The position numbers and the translations under genes are program-made. Shown here piece by piece: positions 8,148-16,302 of a stretch of 27,445 bases of DNA (position 1 is the first letter of the stretch; every line of letters starts with the position of its first letter). The notes below the pieces were generated by a model. That model had not been told where the DNA came from and did no database searches. It was given only the letters and a program-made list of their open reading frames with translations. The stretch is from an uncultured Candidatus Bathyarchaeia archaeon (GTDB taxonomy: Archaea > Thermoproteota > Bathyarchaeia > Bathyarchaeales > Bathyarchaeaceae), in the NCBI GenBank assembly GCA_964386655.1, contig CAYLSJ010000003.1, positions 1 to 27,445 of the forward strand, in the 5' to 3' direction.

Positions 8148-10202
8148 ATGAAGAAAGATACAGTCACGATCTTAATTGTTACATTGATTCTCATGGACAC
8201 CCTCACTTTTTTTGCCGACTTATCACCTTACGTATACGCTAATAGCACGAGTTTTCCAACGGTCGGTCCATCAGTCTTTGTGGACCCATCAAACATTACG
8301 AAATTTTTTGGCGAGACTTTTACTGTTGCTGTGAAAGTCTTCAACCTCACAGGGGTGTCTATCTCTCAACCTGGCTTGCCTGAGTTCAAGATTCCTTTGG
8401 GTAATCTATATGGCTTAAGCATTCAATTGTTTTGGGAGCCAACAATCATAGAGTATGTCAGCCATACTGTGACTATCCCTGTGGAAACCTATCCCGAGGG
8501 CATACTGCATGACCCGGTTATGGAAGTCATAAATGAGGTGAATCCCTCAGCTGGAACATACCGCATTGATTGTGCCTCTGTGGCTCCAGACGCTTCACCG
8601 TTCAATAATCCAGGCGCCAATAGCACAGTTTTCACCATGACTTTCAGAGTCATAGGGAAGGGAGCAACCCTTCTGCGCCTACCAATAGAAGAAATTGAAC
8701 TTGTTGACAACACAGGCAAACACCTTGGGTGGGACAGCACTGGCAGTCCACGTTATCTCTACAGTTTTGACGGTTACGTTAGTGTTGTAGGCGCGCCCAA
8801 CGCAGACTTTACCTATTGGCCCTCAGACGCAGCAGTTGTAAACAAGCAAGTGACCTTCAACGCATCAGCCAGCTATGACACTGCCCCTGGAGGTGCTATC
8901 ACTCTTTATATGTGGGATTTTGGAGATGGAACTAAACAGAACACAACCGATCCTATTATAACTCACAGCTTCACTCAGACTGGAGAATATTACGTGAAGC
9001 TCAGGGTTCTGGATAATGAAGTGCCTCCGTCAATAAGTGCGCCAAAGACGAAAGTCGTATATGTGGTAAACCGTCGTGATATAGCCATCACTAGCATTGC
9101 GGTTACGCCACCACAAATATTACAGAATTCAAATGTAACCATCGACGTCTCTGTTCGAAATGAAGGTGACGTGAAGGAAAACTCTACGCTCTCAGCATAT
9201 TACAACAAAACAGCAGTCGACACTACCACTGAATGGGTAGAGTTCGGCAGGAGAAGCGTGGTCAATCTCCAAAGCGGCGCCATTACCTCGCTGACCCTCA
9301 AATGGAACACAACTGGAGTAACCCCTGAAACTTACTATTTTATAAAGGTGAATGCAAGCAGAGTTCCGCAAGAAGAGGATGTCGACGACAACAATAGGGT
9401 AAGTACCCAGTCAGTGTTCGTCACTCTGGTGGAAACTCACGACATAGCGGTGGTTGCCATGGACATTGTAGCAAGTGAAGGTGAAGAAGAGTTCCCGGCT
9501 CCGTTTATCTTAGGTGAAACTGCATACATTGCCTTTGATGTAAAGGCAAATGGAACGGTTGATGAGACCTTCAATGCTACTCTTTCGGTTCTTGCCCCCA
9601 ACGGCACTTTATTGTTCACGAAAGACTGGACAAGTCAGAGCTTAGAGGTAGGCAAAACTAGTCCGCTGAATCATACTTTCAGCACAAGTGGTTATGTTTC
9701 GGGTAACTACGAGTTCAGCGTAAATGCTACAATCATCAAAAAAGACGACCGCCTAGGCAACAACTATGTGGAAAAAACGTTCATGATTATTAGGCCTCCT
9801 GTGATTGAAATCACTCCGTTGCCTAGCCCAATACATGCGGGCGAAACAATAGCCTTCGACGCCAGAGCCAGCAGTCACGCTGATGGTCAAATAACAAAGT
9901 ATGAATGGACGTTTTCGGAGGCGGGGACTGTCCGGTTCACCAAGTCTGGATCATTGGTTGACGCTACTTTTGATACTGCTGGTGATTGGGAATTTACATT
10001 GAAAATAACAGACAACTATGGTATCACATTCTCTGAACTTAGGGTGAGAACAAGCGCTTACAGGAGGAAGGAGAGAATTGTGGTTGAGGCCGGGGCATCA
10101 GAATTTCCTCTGTGGGCGGTTTATGGAGCAATGGCCATCATAGCGGTTGCGATTATAGCCTTATTGTTGTTCTTACGATTGAAGAGGTCTAAACCAAAGT
10201 AG
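8148..10202 (+). CDS. Membrane-anchored surface protein: signal - cohesin-like - PKD - CARDB x2 - PKD - TM
   Basis: Cohesin-like domain at about 8257-8785 (VFVDP..GETFTVAVKV..NLYGLSIQLFWEPTII..VFTMTFRV). PKD YMWDFGDG..ITHSF. CARDB DIAITSI..VRNEG and HDIAVV. C-terminal hydrophobic helix + KRSKPK. More than a dozen N-x-S/T sequons. Confidence 0.85.
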   Translation: MKKDTVTILIVTLILMDTLTFFADLSPYVYANSTSFPTVGPSVFVDPSNITKFFGETFTVAVKVFNLTGVSISQPGLPEFKIPLGNLYGLSIQLFWEPTIIEYVSHTVTIPVETYPEGILHDPVMEVINEVNPSAGTYRIDCASVAPDASPFNNPGANSTVFTMTFRVIGKGATLLRLPIEEIELVDNTGKHLGWDSTGSPRYLYSFDGYVSVVGAPNADFTYWPSDAAVVNKQVTFNASASYDTAPGGAITLYMWDFGDGTKQNTTDPIITHSFTQTGEYYVKLRVLDNEVPPSISAPKTKVVYVVNRRDIAITSIAVTPPQILQNSNVTIDVSVRNEGDVKENSTLSAYYNKTAVDTTTEWVEFGRRSVVNLQSGAITSLTLKWNTTGVTPETYYFIKVNASRVPQEEDVDDNNRVSTQSVFVTLVETHDIAVVAMDIVASEGEEEFPAPFILGETAYIAFDVKANGTVDETFNATLSVLAPNGTLLFTKDWTSQSLEVGKTSPLNHTFSTSGYVSGNYEFSVNATIIKKDDRLGNNYVEKTFMIIRPPVIEITPLPSPIHAGETIAFDARASSHADGQITKYEWTFSEAGTVRFTKSGSLVDATFDTAGDWEFTLKITDNYGITFSELRVRTSAYRRKERIVVEAGASEFPLWAVYGAMAIIAVAIIALLLFLRLKRSKPK

Positions 10203-10350
10203 TTAGTTGCCTATCATAGCTTCTTTGAAGCGGGATAATAGATTTTAGAGTTGCCATGGCGAACAGCATTCTAAGCTGTTTTCAGTGGTAAAGTGCGTGT
10301 ATGAGGAGGCTGACTTTAGCTTTTGACCAAATGCCAGACACCTAGAGAAT

Positions 10351-10370
10351 AGTTCCAGAAAGTTTAAAAT
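10351..10370 (+). promoter_or_regulatory. AGTTCCAGAAAG motif + TATA
   Basis: AGTTCCAGAAAG-TTTAAAAT. The 12-mer is identical at 16229-16240. Confidence 0.6.
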
Positions 10371-10419
10371 CTCTGATGATTAATATTAGGTGATGAAAAA
10401 GGAGAAAGGAGAGGTTTTC

Positions 10420-11697
10420 GTGAACATTAAGATAGTGAAACCAAAAAGCTACCTATTGGTCTTGATGCTTCTCATGAGCTTCTCGACGATTGGCATGTTA
10501 GGTTTGATAGCACCTGTGAAGGCACAATCTCACCCGCTTCCCTTGCTAAAAGTGGAAAACCCATCTCCGGCATTGTATCAGGTTTGGTTGACGAGCGAAG
10601 GCGAGCCACCTGCCGGCGTGGATCCATACTGGGACATCCAAGGAATCGACGTTTACATGTACTTCAATAAAGATGCCCTGACAGCAGTCCCATACAGTCC
10701 CAGTTCTCCTCTTAACCTCAACAAAGCTGGATGGAAAGTCTTCTGGCCAAACCCGCTTACACTTGCTCCTACGACTACGCTTGTAAATGAAATCAACAAC
10801 GCTAAAGGGTATGTAAGAGCTGCCTTTGTTGGGCTTCCTCTTACGGGTGGTGCGCACACTCCTCCAAATGGCAAAATACTCATGTTCTCGGCGATTTTCA
10901 CAGTCGACGATCCATTGCTGCCACCAGACGTAAAACTGAAAAATCCAGATCCTCGACCTGTAGTTCCTCCTTGGGGACAGGAATCTTTTCCAGTGGCTGT
11001 TTCAGGGTTTGCACACCCAGAGCGCCCTGAATCTCCATGGAACGGAGCTCCATGGGCGGTGCCAATTCCACATTTCGTGAGCAACCCAAATGCACGATTC
11101 TTGGTTTCAGACGCCATTCCAAAGAAGGATAAGATAGTCTACTTTGATGCTTCCATTAGTCATCACCCAAGCTTTATTGAGAGCTACGAGTGGGACTTGA
11201 ATGGTGATGGCACGGTCGACGCTACAGGCATGACTCCAACCTATTCTTATTCCACACGAGGAATGTACAAAGTGACTCTTAAAGTCACAGACCTCACAGG
11301 ATTGACTGACACAGCGTCACGCACGATCGCGGTAGAGGTATTCCGGGTCGCCAAGGCTGAACACACTGTGCAAGATATGTCAGATGACCCTGACAACACT
11401 ATCACTATTACAATGGTAAACAATGGGATCATCACAGGATTAGTTAAGCTCAAGGTCGACATATTCAACCGAAGAACTGGGATGAGGCCGATGCCTCCAC
11501 TTGAAGCAATTGGCGCACTGCCTGTTTCAACTCCGCCTGAAACCACTGATCTAAGCGTAGTGTTTACACCCCCAGACCCGGCTACGTATGACTTAACTGT
11601 GGAATGCTTCTATTTCGATGATTACACCGAGACGTGGGAACCGTTAAGAGAGTACAAGCTCGGAACATTGAAGCTCGTCATAAAAGCCGTACCATAA
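10420..11697 (+). CDS. Secreted protein: signal - divergent cohesin-like - PKD - Ig-like, no anchor (start likely GTG 10420)
   Basis: SD GGAGAGG before the GTG, hydrophobic signal ending VKA|Q, IQGIDVYMYFN..NEINNAKGYVRAAF..MFSAIFTV, PKD YEWDLNGDG..YSYSTRGMYKVTLKVTD. No C-terminal TM or dockerin. Confidence 0.75.
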   Translation: MNIKIVKPKSYLLVLMLLMSFSTIGMLGLIAPVKAQSHPLPLLKVENPSPALYQVWLTSEGEPPAGVDPYWDIQGIDVYMYFNKDALTAVPYSPSSPLNLNKAGWKVFWPNPLTLAPTTTLVNEINNAKGYVRAAFVGLPLTGGAHTPPNGKILMFSAIFTVDDPLLPPDVKLKNPDPRPVVPPWGQESFPVAVSGFAHPERPESPWNGAPWAVPIPHFVSNPNARFLVSDAIPKKDKIVYFDASISHHPSFIESYEWDLNGDGTVDATGMTPTYSYSTRGMYKVTLKVTDLTGLTDTASRTIAVEVFRVAKAEHTVQDMSDDPDNTITITMVNNGIITGLVKLKVDIFNRRTGMRPMPPLEAIGALPVSTPPETTDLSVVFTPPDPATYDLTVECFYFDDYTETWEPLREYKLGTLKLVIKAVP

Positions 11698-11726
11698 GCG
11701 ACAAGAGCCAGTAACAAGACACAAAA

Positions 11727-11757
11727 GCGCACGAATGTGCGCCTATCCCCCTTTTTT
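11727..11757 (+). terminator. Hairpin + oligo-T candidate terminator
   Basis: GCGCAC-GAAT-GTGCGC (11727-11742) followed by T6 at 11752-11757. Confidence 0.5.
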
Positions 11758-11794
11758 ATGTTTAGTTCGGTAGTGTGGAAAAGGAGATGGATCA

Positions 11795-13630
11795 ATGCCC
11801 AACAAGCGAGTTCATCTGGTTGCACTGACGCTGTTGGTGATTCTATTTTCTGTTATCATTGTATCCAGTGGCTTCACAATGGCTTGGTCACTTGACATGA
11901 GGTTAACATGGGATGAAGAATATGACGCTATGCCATCCGTAATCCAAACGACAGACGAAAAAATATGGGTTTTTTGGCATTCATACAGAACGAATGATGC
12001 GGAAATCTTCTATAAGGTTTATGACGGAAGTCAAGTGCATCCTTGGTCGCTGGAAATGAGGCTAACTAATAATCAAAGCGAGGACGGAACTCCAAGCGCC
12101 ATGCAAGCTGCAGATGGGAAAATGTGGGTTGTATGGATGAGTAATAGGGTTGGAAACTATGAGATCTTCTACAAAATTCGCGACGGCATATCATGGTCAC
12201 CGGATTTTAGACTCACCTTTGACGCTGCTGTTGACGAACTCCCTTCAATCATGCAAACAGAAGACGGCAAGATTTGGGTTTTCTGGGACTCTGGAAGAAA
12301 TGGAAACTATGATATATTTTACAAGACTACGCTTGACAGTGGACAAAACTGGTCTCCTGATTCTAGGCTTTCCATTTCGTCTACAAGTGCCGACGACTGG
12401 GACCCATCAGTTATGCAGGCTAAGGACAACAAAATTTGGCTTACTTGGGTAAGGAACGATCATGTTTACTACAGTGTTTTTGACGGATCTTTGTGGTCAT
12501 CTGCTTCGAAAGTAACTTCGGGCGGACTCGACAATTGGCATCCTTCCATTATGCAAACTCAAGACAGCAAAATCTGGGTTGTGTGGGATGCAGGGAAGGT
12601 CTCAGCAACGCAACCTGTTCCAACAGACATTTACTATAGTGTTTTTGATGGGTCGTGGTCTTCTCCTTTGCAGATAACAACAGACTCGGCTGAGGATTTC
12701 ATGCCATCAGCCATTCAGGATAATGGTGGAACTATCTGGGTAGTTTGGACTTCTGACCGAAGTCCTTTTACTGATTTGTACTACCGACTAAACTCCACAT
12801 CTCCCGCTCACGATGTCGAGATATTTAGTGTCATCCCGTCTAATCCATCGGTTGTTTTAGATGAAAGCGTTTCCATTGAAGTTGTGGCTAGAAATCTTGG
12901 AACGAACAACGAGACATTTGAGGTTCAACTCTACGCTAACTCAACTTTGATAGGATTTCAGATGGTTTGGGATCTGTTTCCCGGGCAACTTTACCCGATT
13001 GACTTTATTTGGGACACAATGGGCTTTGATCTGGGTAAATACATTATCAGCGCTAACGCTACAATTATCGCTGAAGAGACGAACACAGATAACAACTTTT
13101 TTACCGATGGGGTCGTCAGCGTTGATTGGCGTGATGTCGCAGTGACTGAGTTGACACCTTTTAAAACTGTTGTTGGGCAAGGTTTCACTCTCAATGTAAG
13201 AACGATTGTGGAAAATCAGGGCACTTGCACTGAAACCTTTGATCTAATAGTCTACTACGACGTAACTCCGTTTGGTAGGCAGACCCTTACCTTGGAACCT
13301 GGAAATTCCGCTACAGTTAGTTTTGCTTGGAACACCGCAAGTATAGCTAAGGGCAATTACTTCTTAAGTGCAGAAGCAACTGTAGTGCCTTTCGAAAAGG
13401 ATACAAATGACAACTTCGGCACCGACGGCATAGCCACTGTTACGATTCCAGGTGATGTCAATGGCGATAGAGTTGTTGACCTGCTGGACTTGAATGCCCT
13501 GTGCAGAGCTTACGGGTCTGCCCCGGGAAGTTCAAGGTGGGATTCAAACTGTGCTATCAACGACGACTCCATAATTGATGGTGTTGATCTTGCAATAGTC
13601 GGCAAAAACTTTGGAAAGACAGACTTGTGA
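11795..13630 (+). CDS. Secreted protein: 6-repeat BNR/Asp-box-like beta-propeller - CARDB x2 - dockerin
   Basis: Six repeats of about 50 aa (WS...RLT....D..PS.MQ..DGKIWV.W.S.R.GNY.IFYK), one Asp-box TTLDSGQNWS, CARDBs HDVEI.. and RDVAV.., and dockerin GDVNGDRVVDLLD..AYGS..W..AINDDSIIDGVD..KNFG at 13451-13630. Confidence 0.85.
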   Translation: MPNKRVHLVALTLLVILFSVIIVSSGFTMAWSLDMRLTWDEEYDAMPSVIQTTDEKIWVFWHSYRTNDAEIFYKVYDGSQVHPWSLEMRLTNNQSEDGTPSAMQAADGKMWVVWMSNRVGNYEIFYKIRDGISWSPDFRLTFDAAVDELPSIMQTEDGKIWVFWDSGRNGNYDIFYKTTLDSGQNWSPDSRLSISSTSADDWDPSVMQAKDNKIWLTWVRNDHVYYSVFDGSLWSSASKVTSGGLDNWHPSIMQTQDSKIWVVWDAGKVSATQPVPTDIYYSVFDGSWSSPLQITTDSAEDFMPSAIQDNGGTIWVVWTSDRSPFTDLYYRLNSTSPAHDVEIFSVIPSNPSVVLDESVSIEVVARNLGTNNETFEVQLYANSTLIGFQMVWDLFPGQLYPIDFIWDTMGFDLGKYIISANATIIAEETNTDNNFFTDGVVSVDWRDVAVTELTPFKTVVGQGFTLNVRTIVENQGTCTETFDLIVYYDVTPFGRQTLTLEPGNSATVSFAWNTASIAKGNYFLSAEATVVPFEKDTNDNFGTDGIATVTIPGDVNGDRVVDLLDLNALCRAYGSAPGSSRWDSNCAINDDSIIDGVDLAIVGKNFGKTDL

Positions 13631-13736
13631 TTGATACTGAACTTTGTTGAATTCACCAGGTGTTTTGACGCGTTTCTGAGAGGAGTTTTAGGAGTGAAAA
13701 GCGTATGTTGTTTTTTAGACACATTTTTTTGTGGAT

Positions 13737-13752
13737 AAGAAAGTTTAAGAAT
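13737..13752 (+). promoter_or_regulatory. BRE/TATA-like box
   Basis: AAGAAAGTTTAAGAAT about 35-45 nt upstream of ATG 13785. Confidence 0.55.
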
Positions 13753-13784
13753 ATACCTCATTATATAAGGATTGAGGGAAGAGA

Positions 13785-16052
13785 ATGGAAAGGAAACGCC
13801 ATATGAAAGTTTTGGTTTTTACGTGGCTTCTCTTGGGCTTCTTCGTTTCAAGTTTTATAGATATTCGAACAGGCAATTCGCTCCCTGGAACAACAATTCT
13901 TGTGGCTCCTTCAGAAGTTACAAAAGCTGTTGGTGAAACCTTCGACATTAAGGTAAATATCTCTGATGTAACTAATCTTTATGGCTTGGACATTCAATTT
14001 TGGTGGGACTCAACCCTTTTAAAATACATTAGCAAGAATGTTAGGATTCCTAAAAGTACTTACTCTGACGGTGTTCTCTGGTCTCCATTCTTGAAATACA
14101 AGGACGTGGTCGATGCGGCAGCTGGTACGTACTGGCTTGCAGCATCCTCTTTCGGGGTCGCCAAGTCATTTAATGGTTCGGGAACAGCGTTCATCATGAC
14201 CTTCGAAGTCTTAAGAGAGGGCGCCTGTTATCTACACTTTACAAGTACTGGTCTAGGGGACAAGCCTGCTTCACCAGGTGAACCTTCAGAGCCAATTCCC
14301 CATGAACGCGTAGACGGTAAGTTCAGCACAGCTGGGGCTGGCTTGGCGCCTTTTGCAAGTTTTACTTTTGAGCCAGCGAAAGTCTTTGTGAACAAGACAA
14401 CCGTCACTTTCAACGCAACGGATAGTTATGATCTTGACCCGAGTGGAAACGTAACCCTCTATATGTGGAATTTTGGAGACGGAAATAAAACAAACACGCC
14501 GGATCCCATAATAACCCATGTTTACACTCTGGGCGGGATAGATTATTCAGCTGCCTTACAGGTTAAAGATAACAACAACAGCTTAAGCTTTCCCTACGTT
14601 AAATCCGTGCTTGTAATAGACTATTCCGATGTAAAAATAGATGAAGTCGAAGCTTCGCCACTCTCTGTGTCTAGAGGCTCAAATGTGACAATCGACGTCA
14701 CAGTCAGCAACATCGGCATCACAAGCCCACCCACCTTCAACGTCACAACCTACTACAACAAAACAGCAACAGAATGGATAAAAATCGATACACGACGTGT
14801 GGAAATTCTAACCAAAGGCACCACTACGACTTTGACATTCAATTGGACAACTCGAGTCACCCCCGACGCTTATTATAAGATAAAGGCAAACACAACCATA
14901 ATCGAAAACGACTATGACCTCAGCAACAACGCTGCGGAGAGCGACACATTAGTATATGTAATGCCAGGTTATCCTGTAGCCAGCTTCATCTATGCACCAG
15001 ATATTCCAGTACCCAGAGAACAAGTGACTTTTGATGCTCGAGCCAGCTCTGATCCAGATGGAAAAATTACCGAATACAGATGGAATTTCGGAGATGGAGC
15101 TAAAGAGAACACTGCCAACCCAATTGTAACTCATGCTTACGAGACTCCGGGCACCTACAATGTGACCTTAACAGTTGTTGACGATGATGTAGAACAACTA
15201 AAAGGGTCTTCCACTATGTGGGTGCAAGTATCCGTATACTATTCATTAGACGTCACAATTGATGTTGGATCAATACACTTCGCAGGTGAGGCAGCTGAAT
15301 TTTACATCAAGACATCAAGGTTAGGCAAACTCTTCAACGCCACGGAAATCACGGCAGTTCTTTATTATTCATACGGAACCAAATATTTGGACCTAAGTGA
15401 AAACATACGAATCATAAAAACTGGGGTCTACAGGTTACCGTACGTTCTGCCGTCAGACGCTTTAACGGGCACATACACACTTGTTGTCCAAGCAAGCTAT
15501 CTTAACCTTGAAGGAACCGCTCTCAAGAGCTTTCTGGTAAGCCAAACGTTAACTGGTTGGAACCCACTGCTGCTCAGCATCAACGGAACTGTGGCAACAA
15601 TAAAAACCGACGTAGGTCTGGTTCAGATGAAACTGGAAGACATCAACGCAACATTAATCGAGATTATTGTTGATAGCGAGGGCGAAATCCTTGCGAAGAT
15701 AGACTCGGCAGTTGGAACAATAATGGCAGAATTGAGCACAATTAACGCAACTCTAACCGATATAATTGTTGATAGCGAGGGCGAAATCCTTGCGGAGATA
15801 GACACTGCGCTGGGAACGGTAACGGCACAACTGGATACAATCAATTCTAGGGTCGTTGCCATTGACGGCAATGTTATCACTATAAAGACTGATCTTGGCA
15901 CAATCAAAACCACAACAAGCGATGTACAAACCTCTGTTGCAGGCGTCCAAACAACCGCCTCAACTTCTCTCTATGTGACTTCAGCGTTTTCGGCTATTGC
16001 AGCAGTGGTTGCAACCGTAGTTTTACTTCTATTGAGAAAAAAGCCTAAATAA
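13785..16052 (+). CDS. Membrane-anchored surface protein: signal - cohesin-like - PKD - CARDB - PKD - Ig-like - helical repeat stalk - TM
   Basis: Cohesin-like domain at about 13890-14330 (GETFDIKVNISDVTNLYGLDIQFWWDSTLL..FNGSGTAFIMTFEV), two PKD motifs W(N)FGDG, a 33-aa repeat stalk, and C-terminal TM + RKKPK. Confidence 0.85.
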   Translation: MERKRHMKVLVFTWLLLGFFVSSFIDIRTGNSLPGTTILVAPSEVTKAVGETFDIKVNISDVTNLYGLDIQFWWDSTLLKYISKNVRIPKSTYSDGVLWSPFLKYKDVVDAAAGTYWLAASSFGVAKSFNGSGTAFIMTFEVLREGACYLHFTSTGLGDKPASPGEPSEPIPHERVDGKFSTAGAGLAPFASFTFEPAKVFVNKTTVTFNATDSYDLDPSGNVTLYMWNFGDGNKTNTPDPIITHVYTLGGIDYSAALQVKDNNNSLSFPYVKSVLVIDYSDVKIDEVEASPLSVSRGSNVTIDVTVSNIGITSPPTFNVTTYYNKTATEWIKIDTRRVEILTKGTTTTLTFNWTTRVTPDAYYKIKANTTIIENDYDLSNNAAESDTLVYVMPGYPVASFIYAPDIPVPREQVTFDARASSDPDGKITEYRWNFGDGAKENTANPIVTHAYETPGTYNVTLTVVDDDVEQLKGSSTMWVQVSVYYSLDVTIDVGSIHFAGEAAEFYIKTSRLGKLFNATEITAVLYYSYGTKYLDLSENIRIIKTGVYRLPYVLPSDALTGTYTLVVQASYLNLEGTALKSFLVSQTLTGWNPLLLSINGTVATIKTDVGLVQMKLEDINATLIEIIVDSEGEILAKIDSAVGTIMAELSTINATLTDIIVDSEGEILAEIDTALGTVTAQLDTINSRVVAIDGNVITIKTDLGTIKTTTSDVQTSVAGVQTTASTSLYVTSAFSAIAAVVATVVLLLLRKKPK
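15642..15839 (+). repeat. Intragenic 99-bp (33-aa) tandem repeat x2
   Basis: The 30-mer ATTGTTGATAGCGAGGGCGAAATCCTTGCG is identical at 15666 and 15765. Units are INATL.(E/D)IIVDSEGEILA.ID.A.GT..A.L.T. Confidence 0.92.
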
Positions 16053-16065
16053 ACTCTGCACTTCC

Positions 16066-16076
16066 AACCCTTTTTT
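16066..16076 (+). terminator. Oligo-T candidate terminator
   Basis: T6 at 16071-16076, about 20 nt after the stop. Confidence 0.45.
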
Positions 16077-16228
16077 GTTACCGAGCAAAGCCTATTCAAC
16101 TTTACAGTTAGACTCCCTGGATAGTGCACTTTTGCGTGCATTTCCACAAATTCACCAGCCAGCTTGTCTTTGCATGACTTTTAGCTTTCACCATCTAATA
16201 CTATTGCGTTTCCTTTGCTATAGAGAAA

Positions 16229-16250
16229 AGTTCCAGAAAGCCTTAAATTA
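16229..16250 (+). promoter_or_regulatory. AGTTCCAGAAAG motif + TATA upstream of the substrate-binding protein
   Basis: AGTTCCAGAAAG-CCTTAAATTA, with SD GGGGAG before ATG 16303. Confidence 0.6.
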
Positions 16251-16302
16251 TCAATATACGACATTTACATGACGAACAAAACAGAAGAGAAAGGGGAGAG
16301 TT

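Noticed and set aside
11188-11220. WDLNGDGTVD in the 10420 protein as a possible dockerin
   Set aside because: It is the WD(F/L)xDG core of a PKD domain, followed by the usual Y..GxYxVTLxVTD.
11885-12790. Repeats of about 150 bp period as a possible CRISPR or DNA repeat array
   Set aside because: Similarity is at the protein level (propeller blades) within an open frame, with no identical DNA repeats plus unique spacers.
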